This document shows, piece after piece, positions 36,017-46,153 of a stretch of DNA of 64,000 bases. Every line of letters begins with the position of its first letter. Within the stretch, counting starts at the first letter, position 1. Origin of the DNA: Acidobacteriota bacterium (GTDB lineage Bacteria > Acidobacteriota > Vicinamibacteria > Vicinamibacterales > UBA2999); the NCBI GenBank assembly GCA_046732795.1, contig JBKPNV010000013.1, positions 644 through 64,643 of the forward strand. The letters are read 5' to 3'. The notes under the pieces were generated by a model. That model was given only the letters and a program-made list of their open reading frames with translations, was not told the origin of the DNA and searched no databases. The position numbers were made by a program, and so were the translations under genes.

Positions 36017-36922
36017 TTAGACCTCGGCATCGAGCAGGCGTTGCACCTCATCGAGCACGGGAACACTCGTCATTGCGCCCTCACGAGTGCAGCTCATCGC
36101 CGCCGCGGCGGTCGCGAATTTCAGAATCTCGATCGGCCGTCGCCTCTGCAACAACGCGTGGATGAACGCGGCACGGAAGATGTCGCCGGCGCCAGTGGTG
36201 TCGAGGGCCTCCACCGCGAACGCCGGCACGTGATGGAGCCGGTCGCCCTCGAGCAGCATCGCACCGTCGATGCCCAGTGTGACGCAGAGCCATTGCGGGT
36301 AGTCGCCTCGCAGCATTTGCAGGGCGCGTGCTGGATCGTTCTCGCCGGTCAGCGCGGCTGGGACGTGCGCGGAGAAGATAGGCACCGTCGATTCCGCGAG
36401 CAAAGTGTGTGTGTGCCGGGTCACCCGATCGATGTCGCTGGTCACCGGAACACCAGCGTCCGCGGCAATCCGTGCGGCCGCAATCGACGCATCTTCATCG
36501 AGGTCGTCGACGTGCACGAGGCGCGCACCCGAGATCACATCAACGGGCAGCTCCTCAATCCTCAGCGTCAGGGCCCGCTCGCGATGCCACACGACCGTTC
36601 TATCGCCGTTTCGTTCGTCGACCATGATCACGGCGTGCCGGTTGGGCGCATCACGTACGATGGAGAAGGACGTATCCACGCGTGCGTCAGCCAATGCTGT
36701 GGTGATACGCCTGCCGTTCTCATCGTGGCCAAAGGTACCGACGTAAGCGGCCCGCAGTCCCAACGCCGCGCACGCCGCGAGCGTTGTCGCCACCTGGCCC
36801 CCGCAGGACACGCGGTGTTCAGACGCGGCGACCTTGGCGTTCGCCGGTGGAATCATTGGCATCCGGTACACGAGATCTACCGAGTTTTCGCCAATACCGA
36901 CGACGTCGAATGAGCGAGACAC
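36017..36922 (-). CDS. PfkB-family carbohydrate/nucleoside kinase (ribokinase-like)
   Basis: 'DVVGIGENSVDL' N-terminal motif and 'DTTGAGDIFRAAFIHALL' (DTxGAGD). I prefer GTG 36922 because the track extension to 36982 reads through two REP hairpins. Confidence 0.8.
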   Translation of the reverse strand: MSRSFDVVGIGENSVDLVYRMPMIPPANAKVAASEHRVSCGGQVATTLAACAALGLRAAYVGTFGHDENGRRITTALADARVDTSFSIVRDAPNRHAVIMVDERNGDRTVVWHRERALTLRIEELPVDVISGARLVHVDDLDEDASIAAARIAADAGVPVTSDIDRVTRHTHTLLAESTVPIFSAHVPAALTGENDPARALQMLRGDYPQWLCVTLGIDGAMLLEGDRLHHVPAFAVEALDTTGAGDIFRAAFIHALLQRRRPIEILKFATAAAAMSCTREGAMTSVPVLDEVQRLLDAEV

Positions 36923-36950
36923 GAGGACGAGTATAGTTAGCAGAGTGAGA

Positions 36951-36995
36951 CGGGTCTTGCTTTTGAGACCCGCCGGGTCCAAAGAACAGGACCCG
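36951..36995. repeat. Two adjacent family B hairpins (CGGGTCT-TGCTTTTG-AGACCCG; CGGGTCC-AAAGAACA-GGACCCG)
   Basis: Both are 7-bp stems read directly. The first is nearly identical to the hairpin at 43588..43613 (GGCGGGTCTTGCTCTTTAGACCCGCC). Confidence 0.7.
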
Positions 36996-37020
36996 CCCTA
37001 CGCCGCGGAGATCGGCTCCA

Positions 37021-38505
37021 ATGTCGTCACAACGCATCGCGGGTGTCGTTGGCGCTATCGCGATGATGGCCGTGGTCGTCACACGCGACGCCGCAACGCC
37101 GGGCGCCGAAGGTCCTGTCACCTTCAGCGAGCACGTCGCGCCGATTGTTTTCGCCAACTGCGCCCCCTGTCATCGTCCGGGTGAAGCGGCCCCCTTTTCT
37201 CTCCTGAGTTATCGCGACGTCCGGCCATTGGCCAAGGCGATTGCGACCGCGACTTCGTCACGCCTGATGCCGCCCTGGAAGGCCGGCCCGAGTGACTACC
37301 CGTTTGCCAACGCCCGTCAACTGAGCCCCGATCAGATCGCCACGATCCAGAAGTGGGTCGCCGACGGCGCGCTGGAAGGGGATCCGGCGCGCCTTCCCGC
37401 GCTTCCGAAGTTCACCGAAGGTTGGCAGCTCGGACCGCCCGACCTGGTGGTGACGATGAGCGAGGCATTCGAAGTTCCCGCTCGCGGCGCCGACGTCTAT
37501 CGCAACTTCGTGGTGCCGTTGCGTCTCGATCGAGACACGTGGGTTCGGGCGATTGAGTTCAGGCCGTCGGCACGCACCGTCGTTCATCACAGCCTGTTCT
37601 TCCTCGATGCGACCGGCGCGTCGCGCGAACGTGATGCGAACGACCCGCTACCCGGTTTCCCTGGCGGCATGGGAGGCGGACAAGTCGGCGGCAGTGGACG
37701 TGGGCTTGCGGGGGTGCTGGGGCGGCGCGGTGGCGGGGCGGCCGCCGACCCGGTTGACGATGATCCTGTGGCTCGTGTGGCAGGTGGACTTGGCGGATGG
37801 GCGCTTGGCGGCCGTGCACTCGAATTGCCCCCAGGACTGGCCTTCTTCGTTGCGAAGGGATCTGATCTCGTGCTCTCGACCCATTTTCATCCGTCGGGGA
37901 AGATCGAGCACGAACAGTCGACGATCGGTCTCTATTTCGCGTCGGCGCCGCCGACGCAGGCGTTCACGACCATCCAGTTGCCGCCGATCTTCGGGGTCTT
38001 CGAAGGACTCGATATTCCGGCCGACGAGGGGCGCTACACGCTCGAGGACTCGTTTGTGATTCCGATCGACGTCCGCGCATTCAGTGTCGGCGCGCACGCC
38101 CACTACCTTGGCAAGCAGATGCGGCTCACGGCGACGCTGCCGGACGGCACGGTCAAGACGTTGCTGCGCATCGACGACTGGGACTTTTCGTGGCAGGAGC
38201 GGTATCGATACGCCGAATTCGTGACGTTGCCCAGGGGCACGCGGCTGCACGCCGAAGTGACTTACGACAACACGTCGGCCAACAAACGTAACCCGAGCCG
38301 TCCACCCGTGCGTGTGACGTGGGGCGAGGAATCGACCGACGAAATGGGTAGCATCGGTCTCCAGGTCGTGGCCGCGTCGCCGGATGAATTACCGCAATTG
38401 CGCCAGGCGTTCTTGGCTCATATTCGTCAGGCCGCAGTTACACGTCCAGGGCTGAGGCAGTTGCTGCAGCGCCGTCAAGGGCTTACCGTACCCGGGACCC
38501 GGTAA
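37021..38505 (+). CDS. Copper type II ascorbate-dependent monooxygenase-like (PHM/DBH-like) protein with N-terminal CxxCH motif
   Basis: 'FANCAPCHRPGEAAPFSLLSYRDV...MPPW' N-terminal module. His pattern 'VVHHSLFF', 'THFHPSG', 'GAHAHYLGKQM' and a late 'STDEMG' parallels the PHM CuH (HH..H) and CuM (HxH..M) ligands. A Gly-rich insert lies between the two domains. Confidence 0.6.
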   Translation: MSSQRIAGVVGAIAMMAVVVTRDAATPGAEGPVTFSEHVAPIVFANCAPCHRPGEAAPFSLLSYRDVRPLAKAIATATSSRLMPPWKAGPSDYPFANARQLSPDQIATIQKWVADGALEGDPARLPALPKFTEGWQLGPPDLVVTMSEAFEVPARGADVYRNFVVPLRLDRDTWVRAIEFRPSARTVVHHSLFFLDATGASRERDANDPLPGFPGGMGGGQVGGSGRGLAGVLGRRGGGAAADPVDDDPVARVAGGLGGWALGGRALELPPGLAFFVAKGSDLVLSTHFHPSGKIEHEQSTIGLYFASAPPTQAFTTIQLPPIFGVFEGLDIPADEGRYTLEDSFVIPIDVRAFSVGAHAHYLGKQMRLTATLPDGTVKTLLRIDDWDFSWQERYRYAEFVTLPRGTRLHAEVTYDNTSANKRNPSRPPVRVTWGEESTDEMGSIGLQVVAASPDELPQLRQAFLAHIRQAAVTRPGLRQLLQRRQGLTVPGTR

Positions 38506-38554
38506 CCTCCGTCACGTTCCGTTTACAATTTTTAGACCCTCCTCCGACCTCGTT

Positions 38555-40364
<1,810 letters not shown>

Positions 40365-40366
<2 letters not shown>

Positions 40367-40449
40367 ATGGGGTCGGGAGTCATTTGATCAGGACACTCGC
40401 GCCTGATGAACGCGCGAGTGTCCTCGTTAAATGACTCCCGACCCCATTT
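40365..40449. repeat. 85-bp palindromic element, family C, copy 2
   Basis: Arms AAATGGGGTCGGGAGTCATTT / AAATGACTCCCGACCCCATTT. The inner stem GGACACTCGCGC/GCGCGAGTGTCC is perfect. The element spans the convergent 3' ends and contains the TAA stop (40427..40429) of the TrmH-like gene. Confidence 0.8.
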
Positions 40450-41224
40450 CATAGAGGGCGATCGCCGCTGCCGTTGCGACGTTCAGCGAGTCCACACCGT
40501 TCGCCATCGGGATCCGCGCTCGATGCGTGCACGCCTCCAGCGCGTCGGCGCTCAGCCCGTCTCCTTCATGACCGAGCACGATCGCAACACGACGGCTGAC
40601 AAGCTCGTCGGCCACGTCGCGTAGCGCCGCCGCATCGGCCGCTGGTGTCATCCCGATGGTCGCCCATCCGCCGTCGCGCAATCGGCGCAGCGTGTCTGGC
40701 CACGGTGCCCTCGCGTACGGCATCCTCAGCGACGCCGCCATCGACGTGCGAATCGCCTTGCGGTACAGCGGGTCCGCACAGTCGGCCTGCAGCAGCACGC
40801 CGTCGACGCCGAAGGCGGCAGCACTGCGGAATATCGACCCGACGTTATCGACGTTCCCGATGCGCTCGAGGATGACCAGATGACGTGCGCCGCCGACGAC
40901 GTCGCGCCAATCGCGGGCAGGCGGTCGTGCTCCAATCGCCAGGCAGCCGCGATGAAAGTTGAAGCCCGTCACACCATTCATTACCGGCGGAGGGACGACG
41001 TAAACAGGGAACGTTCGATCGACGAGCAGTGATTGGAGCGCTGCCAACGCCGCGTCGGTGACGAGCAGCGCGCGCGTCTCCAGCCCGCTGGATAGCAGTC
41101 TCGCCACGACCAGGCGTCCTTCGGCCACGAACAGCCCGAGGCGCCGGAGCAATTCCGGGTCAGGCACGTTGCGGAATTCCGCCAGTCGCGCGTCATCCGC
41201 GGAATCGATTCGGATGCAGGTCAC
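40427..41224 (-). CDS. SpoU/TrmH-family RNA 2'-O-methyltransferase
   Basis: 'LVILERIGNVDNVGSIFRSAAAFGVDGVLL', 'IVLGHEGDGLS' and 'RIPMANGVDSLNVATAAAIALYE' are SPOUT motifs 1-3. The last 6 codons (MGSGVI) and the stop are encoded by the repeat arm. Confidence 0.8.
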   Translation of the reverse strand: MTCIRIDSADDARLAEFRNVPDPELLRRLGLFVAEGRLVVARLLSSGLETRALLVTDAALAALQSLLVDRTFPVYVVPPPVMNGVTGFNFHRGCLAIGARPPARDWRDVVGGARHLVILERIGNVDNVGSIFRSAAAFGVDGVLLQADCADPLYRKAIRTSMAASLRMPYARAPWPDTLRRLRDGGWATIGMTPAADAAALRDVADELVSRRVAIVLGHEGDGLSADALEACTHRARIPMANGVDSLNVATAAAIALYEMGSGVI

Positions 41225-41318
41225 AGCGGCATCGTTCCCACCGGATGGTGGAGCTCCTGATTCAGCGAATCACTCGTGGAAACACCGCTATTGCGGGTTT
41301 CGATTGCGTGGCCATACC

Positions 41319-41343
41319 CCTTGGTTCTTGACCTTGGTTCTTG
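41319..41343. repeat. Direct repeat CCTTGGTTCTTG x2 (1-nt spacer)
   Basis: Perfect 12-mers at 41319..41330 and 41332..41343 in the 408-bp divergent spacer between the TrmH-like and LytS-like genes. CCTTGG recurs at about 41369 and 41385. Confidence 0.6.
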
Positions 41344-41597
41344 GGCCCGTCCTCTCAGTCCGTTGGCCCTTGGCGCGTTGTGGACCTTGAACGAAGGATC
41401 CGCGACGGACCAAGACCCAAGCACGAAGCACCAGGGACTGACGGCTACACCGAACTGCAAAGGCTCGCGCGTGGCACGTGCCGACATTTTGGGGCGAAAT
41501 GCGCGACCGCCGTGACAGACCGCGAGAGATCGTGGCCGAGTCGCGGGCATGCGATGACGAAGATCGCAGCAAATCAGGCCGATTTCGAAACGTTTGC

Positions 41598-41626
41598 TTG
41601 ACGGCCAGCCTAGCACGGCCGATAGT
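41598..41626 (+). promoter_or_regulatory. Candidate sigma70-type promoter TTGACG-N17-GATAGT, positioned for a leaderless mRNA
   Basis: TTGACG is at 41598..41603 and GATAGT at 41621..41626. ATG 41633 lies 7 nt after the -10 hexamer and has no SD sequence in front of it. Confidence 0.3.
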
Positions 41627-41632
41627 TCAAGG

Positions 41633-42772
41633 ATGGCACGGCGTTTCCAAGCCACGAGTCCACTCGGGATCTTCCTCATCGCCACGATCCTTGGCGTGCT
41701 GACCGGCCTGCAGGCCTACAACTACGTCGCGCTGACCTCCGAGCACAAGCAGCCGTTCATCGTTCTCCTCAGCCTCAATCTCACCTATTGGTATTCGTGG
41801 GCGCTGCTCGTCCCCGGTGTTCTGTGGATGGCGCGACATTACCGCTTCGAGCGCCACACGTGGCCACGCGCCGCCATGTTTCATTCTCTCGCGCTGTTCG
41901 TGTTCACAGCCGCACACGTCGCGCTTGCCACGTCGGCCCGCGGCGTGATCCTGAACGCGCTCACCGAGCGCAGCTTCGACTGGTGGTCGTATTTCCGCGA
42001 ACGATTCTTCCTGAACCTTGACTGGGAGATGATGACGTACTGGGCGATTGTCGCCGTCGTGCACGCCGTCGACTACCATCGCGAGTCGCAGGAACGCGAG
42101 CTCACCGCGGCACAGCTTCAGACGCAGTTGGCGGAGGCGCAGCTCGAAGCGCTGCAGCGGCAACTGCATCCGCATTTTCTGTTCAACACGCTCAACACGA
42201 TCTCGGCGTTGATGCACCGCGACGTTCATGCCGCCGACGAGATGCTCGTGCAGCTCAGCGACTTGCTGCGCCTGACGCTCGAACGCGTCGGCACCCAGCA
42301 GGTGCCGCTCAAGGACGAAGTCGACTTCCTGCGCAAATACCTCGAGATCGAACAAACCCGTTTCGGGGATCGTCTCCAGGTCAATATCGATGTCGACCCG
42401 GAAGTGCTCGACGCTCCTGTTCCGAATCTCATTCTCCAGCCGCTCGTGGAGAACGCGCTGCGTCACGGGATCGGGCCGCGTGTCGGCGGTGGCCGCATCG
42501 ACGTCGATGCCCGGCAGGTCGAAGGCAGCCTGATGCTGACGGTGCACGACGATGGCGTCGGCTTGTCGCCCGACAGGCTGAATGCCTTTCACTCCGGCGT
42601 CGGATTGTCCAACACCCGATCCAGGCTCGAGAACCTGTACGGCGAGCGGCATCGGTTCGAGTTCCAGACGCCGCCGGGCGGCGGTCTCGTCGTCACGATC
42701 GTCATTCCCCTCGGACAAGGATCCGACTCCCGAATCCCGCACCCAGAGTCCCCAATGGAGAGCGTGGCATGA
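41633..42772 (+). CDS. LytS/YehU-type sensor histidine kinase
   Basis: 'LHPHFLFNTLNTISALM' (His_kinase H-box), 'LQPLVENALRHGI' (N-box) and 'VHDDGVGL' (G1). Multi-TM N-terminus. Start trimmed to ATG 41633. Confidence 0.8.
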   Translation: MARRFQATSPLGIFLIATILGVLTGLQAYNYVALTSEHKQPFIVLLSLNLTYWYSWALLVPGVLWMARHYRFERHTWPRAAMFHSLALFVFTAAHVALATSARGVILNALTERSFDWWSYFRERFFLNLDWEMMTYWAIVAVVHAVDYHRESQERELTAAQLQTQLAEAQLEALQRQLHPHFLFNTLNTISALMHRDVHAADEMLVQLSDLLRLTLERVGTQQVPLKDEVDFLRKYLEIEQTRFGDRLQVNIDVDPEVLDAPVPNLILQPLVENALRHGIGPRVGGGRIDVDARQVEGSLMLTVHDDGVGLSPDRLNAFHSGVGLSNTRSRLENLYGERHRFEFQTPPGGGLVVTIVIPLGQGSDSRIPHPESPMESVA

Positions 42773-43539
42773 CCCGGATCCGAACCCTCGTTGTCGATGA
42801 CGAGCCAATTGCCCGAGAGCGGGTACTGTCGCTCCTCCAGCAGGAGGACGACGTCGAGGTCGTGGGCGAATGTGGCGACGGCGCGCAAGCCGTCGCGGCG
42901 ATTCAGCATCAGGTCCCCGACCTCGTATTCCTCGATGTCCAGATGCCTGGTGTCGATGGGTTCGGTGTGATCGAGGCGATCGGCCCGGAGAAAATGCCGA
43001 CTGTCGTCTTCGTGACCGCGTACGACGAGTACGCGCTGCGCGCGTTCGAGGTCCACGCCCTTGACTACCTGCTGAAGCCGTTTGGCCGCGATCGCTTCCG
43101 CCAGACGCTGACGCACGCGCGCGCGCACCTCGAGCGCCGGCGCGCCGGCGATCTGGGGCGGCGGCTGCTCGCGCTGGTCAACGACATCAAGCCGGAGGCA
43201 CCAAAGCTCGATCGCCTCATCGTGAAGTCGGGCGGCCGCGTGTTCTTCCTGCGCACGGGCGATCTCGATTGGATCGAAGCCGCGGGCAACTACGTCCGGC
43301 TGCACCTCGGCGAGGAATCACATCTGTTCCGCGAGACCATGAACCGGATGGAAGCGCGTCTCGATCCCAAACGATTCGTTCGCATCCATCGCTCTCGCAT
43401 CGTCAATACCGAGCGCATCAAGGAACTGCAGCCCTGGTTCAACGGCGAGTATGTGGTCGTCCTCCGCAACGGCGCCCGGCTTCCACTCAGCCGCGGATAC
43501 CGCGACAAGCTGCAGGAGCAGCTGGGGAAGGGATTCTAG
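42769..43539 (+). CDS. LytTR-family response regulator
   Basis: 'LVVDDEPIARERV...DLVFLDVQMPGVDG' receiver domain. C-terminal 'FFLRTGDLDWIEAAGNYVRLH...FVRIHRSRIVN' LytTR domain. ATGA overlap with the kinase stop. Confidence 0.9.
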   Translation: MTRIRTLVVDDEPIARERVLSLLQQEDDVEVVGECGDGAQAVAAIQHQVPDLVFLDVQMPGVDGFGVIEAIGPEKMPTVVFVTAYDEYALRAFEVHALDYLLKPFGRDRFRQTLTHARAHLERRRAGDLGRRLLALVNDIKPEAPKLDRLIVKSGGRVFFLRTGDLDWIEAAGNYVRLHLGEESHLFRETMNRMEARLDPKRFVRIHRSRIVNTERIKELQPWFNGEYVVVLRNGARLPLSRGYRDKLQEQLGKGF

Positions 43540-43543
43540 GCGC

Positions 43544-43577
43544 GGGACTCGGGATCCGGGACTGGGGACTCGGACTC
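43544..43577. repeat. Heptad tract GGGACTC GGGATCC GGGACTG GGGACTC GGACTC (G4-capable, GANTC-dense)
   Basis: GGGactcGGGatccGGGactGGGG (43544..43567) has four G3+ runs with 3-4-nt loops. GACTC occurs at 43546, 43567 and 43573. The tract starts 5 nt after the response-regulator stop. Confidence 0.75.
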
Positions 43578-43587
43578 GACACTGTAG

Positions 43588-43613
43588 GGCGGGTCTTGCT
43601 CTTTAGACCCGCC
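43588..43613. repeat. Family B hairpin GGCGGGTCT-TGCTCTTT-AGACCCGCC
   Basis: Perfect 9-bp stem with an 8-nt loop, preceded by GTAG. It lies between the two-component operon and the amidohydrolase start. Confidence 0.75.
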
Positions 43614-43620
43614 GAGTACA

Positions 43621-45297
43621 ATGCGCGGCATGCGAGCCCTTTACCTGCCGGCGATTCTTGTGTTTCTGGCCGCTCCGGCCTGGGCGCAGGCCCCTGACAC
43701 AGTTCTTCTGAACGGCAAGGTCGTCACGCTTGACGCGCGATCGACGACCCAGGAGGCCATTGCCGTCCGCGACGGGCACATCATCGCGGTGGGGACGACG
43801 GCTGATATCAAGAAGCTCGCGGGGCCAACGACGCGCGTGATCGATGTGCGCGGGCGGACCGTCATCCCGGGCCTGATTGATTCCCACCTTCACGCCATTC
43901 GTGCCGCACTGAGTTTCAGCACGGAGGTCAACTGGATCGGCGCACGCTCGCTGGAAGAAGCGCTCGGACGAATTCGCGCCGCCTCGCGCACCATGAAGCC
44001 CGGGTCATGGCTGATCGTCGCGGGCGGGTGGAACGTACAGCAATTCGAGGAGAACCGGCGGCCGACGCAGGCCGAGTTGACGGCCGTCGCTCCCAACAAT
44101 CCGGTGTACGTGCAGCTCGGGTACGGCTGGGCGATGCTGAATCCGCTGGCTCACAAGACACTCGGCATCTCGAGTGAAGCGGATCTCCCCGCAGGTGGAC
44201 GCTTCGAGCGAGAGGCGAGCGGCGCTCCGACCGGCGCTGTCACCGGTGCGCAGAATGCGATCGTGTCCTTGTTCGACCGTCTGCCGAAGCCGACGTTCGG
44301 CGAACAGGTCGAGGGCACGAAAGCGTTCTTTCGTGAGCTCAATCGCCTGGCGATCACGGGCGCCGGCGATCCTGGCGGGAACAATCTGACGTCGACCGAT
44401 TACCAGGCGCTCTTCAAAGTGTGGCGTGACAAGGCGATGACGGTGCGTGTCACGTATACGTTGAACGGGCAGACGCCGGGCAAAGAGTTCGACGAGCTGC
44501 GCGATCTCACTGGTCTGCTGCCCATGGGGTTCGGCGACGACATGCTGCGCTTCAACGGTCTGGGCGAGCGGATCACGGTGGCGATGAACAACAACAACGC
44601 CCCGACACAGGCGGAGAAAGACGCGTATTACCGGATCGTGAGGTGGGCCGCCGATCGCGGGATGTCGCTCACGATGCACTGGGGGAATGACGCGTCGGTC
44701 GACCATCTGCTGTCGATCTTCGAGCGCGTCAACACGGAGATCCCGATCGCACCGCTACGATGGTCGATCGCGCACCTGAACGACGCGTCTCTCGAGAGCC
44801 TACGCCGGATGAAAGCGCTTGGCGTCGGCTGGACGATGCAGGATGCGATGTATTTCGGGGGCGAGCAGTTCATCAAACAAGCAGGGGTCAACGCGGCGCG
44901 ACGGACGCCGCCGGTCGAGACAGCGCGAAAGATGGGCGTCGTGGTGGGCGCCGGCACCGATGCCCATCGTGTCGCGTCCTACAATCCGTTCACCGCGCTG
45001 CAGTGGCTGCTCGATTCGAAGACGGTTGGCGGGGTTGCGATGCGCGGTCCCGAGGAGATCCCGAGCCGGCTCGACGCCCTCCGCTTCTATACACTCGGGA
45101 GCGCCTGGTTCTCGTTCGACGAGGACGTCCGCGGATCGCTCGAAGTGGGCAAGCTCGCCGACTGCGCAGTGCTGTCGGACGACTATATGACGATTGCGGT
45201 CGAGAAGATCGCGAGCCTCGAGTCGGTGTTGACGATGGTTGGCGGAAAGGTCGTCTATTCGGCAGGGCCCTTCGACGGGCTGGATAAGAAGCCTTAG
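43621..45297 (+). CDS. Secreted amidohydrolase-family (TIM-barrel metal-dependent hydrolase) protein
   Basis: 'PGLIDSHLHA' metal-binding HxH. Signal peptide MRALYLPAILVFLAAPAWAQ (alternative start ATG 43630). C-terminal 'GKLADCAVLSDDY' is typical of the Amidohydro_3 type. Confidence 0.8.
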   Translation: MRGMRALYLPAILVFLAAPAWAQAPDTVLLNGKVVTLDARSTTQEAIAVRDGHIIAVGTTADIKKLAGPTTRVIDVRGRTVIPGLIDSHLHAIRAALSFSTEVNWIGARSLEEALGRIRAASRTMKPGSWLIVAGGWNVQQFEENRRPTQAELTAVAPNNPVYVQLGYGWAMLNPLAHKTLGISSEADLPAGGRFEREASGAPTGAVTGAQNAIVSLFDRLPKPTFGEQVEGTKAFFRELNRLAITGAGDPGGNNLTSTDYQALFKVWRDKAMTVRVTYTLNGQTPGKEFDELRDLTGLLPMGFGDDMLRFNGLGERITVAMNNNNAPTQAEKDAYYRIVRWAADRGMSLTMHWGNDASVDHLLSIFERVNTEIPIAPLRWSIAHLNDASLESLRRMKALGVGWTMQDAMYFGGEQFIKQAGVNAARRTPPVETARKMGVVVGAGTDAHRVASYNPFTALQWLLDSKTVGGVAMRGPEEIPSRLDALRFYTLGSAWFSFDEDVRGSLEVGKLADCAVLSDDYMTIAVEKIASLESVLTMVGGKVVYSAGPFDGLDKKP

Positions 45298-45343
45298 TCA
45301 ACCCCCAACCCCAAAAACACCAACTCCCAACCCGACGTCCACC

Positions 45344-46117
45344 ATGGATCTGCAACTTCAGAACAAGGTCGCCATCGTGACCGGCGCGAGCAAGGGCATC
45401 GGCCGCGCCATCGCGCAGACGCTCGCGCAAGAGAGCGTGCGCCTGGTGATCGTCGCGCGGTCGCGCGCGCAGCTCGAGGAGCTGGCCTCGCCGCTGGGCG
45501 ATCGCTGCCTCGTGCAGGCGGTCGATCTGACCAATCCCGATGCGCCGGCGGCCATCGTTGCGGCCACGATGGCGCGATATGGGCGGATCGATATCCTGGT
45601 CAACAACGCGGGATCGACGAAGCGGGGCGACTTTCTCACGCTGTCGGAAGCCGACTGGGCCGATGGGTTCGGCCTGAAGTTTTACGGCGCGATGCGATTG
45701 AGTCGGGCGGCGTGGCCGCACCTGTGCGCGTCGTCGGGCGCGATCGTCAATATTGTCGGCATCGGAGGCCGGACCGGTCAGGCCGAGTTTGCGATCGGCG
45801 GCGCCGTGAACGCGGCGCTGTTGAATCTGACCAAAGTACTCGCCGACCGAGGTGTCAAGGATGGCGTGCGCGTCAACGCCATCAACCCGGGAGGGATCGC
45901 GACCGATCGGTTGCAGACGCGGCTGAGAACGTTCGCGGCGGAGCACCATATCGACATCACGCGTGCCGAGCAGGAGATGGCACGTGCGTTCGGGGTCGCG
46001 CGCTTCGGGCAGCCAGGGGAGATCGCGCGGCTCGTCGCGTTTCTCGCGTCGCCGCAAGCGGCGTTCTGTCAGGGTGCGATTGTGGATGCCGATGGAGGGC
46101 AGACGCGGACGCTCTAG
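45344..46117 (+). CDS. Short-chain dehydrogenase/reductase (SDR) family oxidoreductase
   Basis: 'VAIVTGASKGIGRAIA' (TGxxxGxG) and 'LVNNAGS' (NNAG). Start trimmed to ATG 45344. The C/A-rich tract at 45301..45335 lies upstream. Confidence 0.85.
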   Translation: MDLQLQNKVAIVTGASKGIGRAIAQTLAQESVRLVIVARSRAQLEELASPLGDRCLVQAVDLTNPDAPAAIVAATMARYGRIDILVNNAGSTKRGDFLTLSEADWADGFGLKFYGAMRLSRAAWPHLCASSGAIVNIVGIGGRTGQAEFAIGGAVNAALLNLTKVLADRGVKDGVRVNAINPGGIATDRLQTRLRTFAAEHHIDITRAEQEMARAFGVARFGQPGEIARLVAFLASPQAAFCQGAIVDADGGQTRTL

Positions 46118-46153
46118 CCGGGTCGCTAAGCTAAAGACCCGCCGCTCCTCTCT

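Noticed and set aside
36923-36982. Longer PfkB start (ATG 36982) given by the track
   Set aside because: The extra 20 codons read through two family B hairpins (36951..36995). GTG 36922 gives the canonical PfkB N-terminus (SFDVVGIGENSVDL). I kept the shorter model, but the start is not certain.
41290-41312. tRNA-like T-loop sequence (GGGTTTCGATTGCG) in the long spacer upstream of the LytS-like gene
   Set aside because: I could draw no complementary T-stem, acceptor stem or anticodon arm around it. The neighbouring ATTGCG occurrences are direct repeats, not inverted ones, so this is not a tRNA.
43588-43613. Calling all GC hairpins (families A and B, and 6339..6356) intrinsic terminators
   Set aside because: None is followed by a T-tract on the relevant strand, and several lie upstream of genes or in divergent spacers. 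I therefore annotated them as repeats. A terminator function remains possible but is unsupported by sequence alone.
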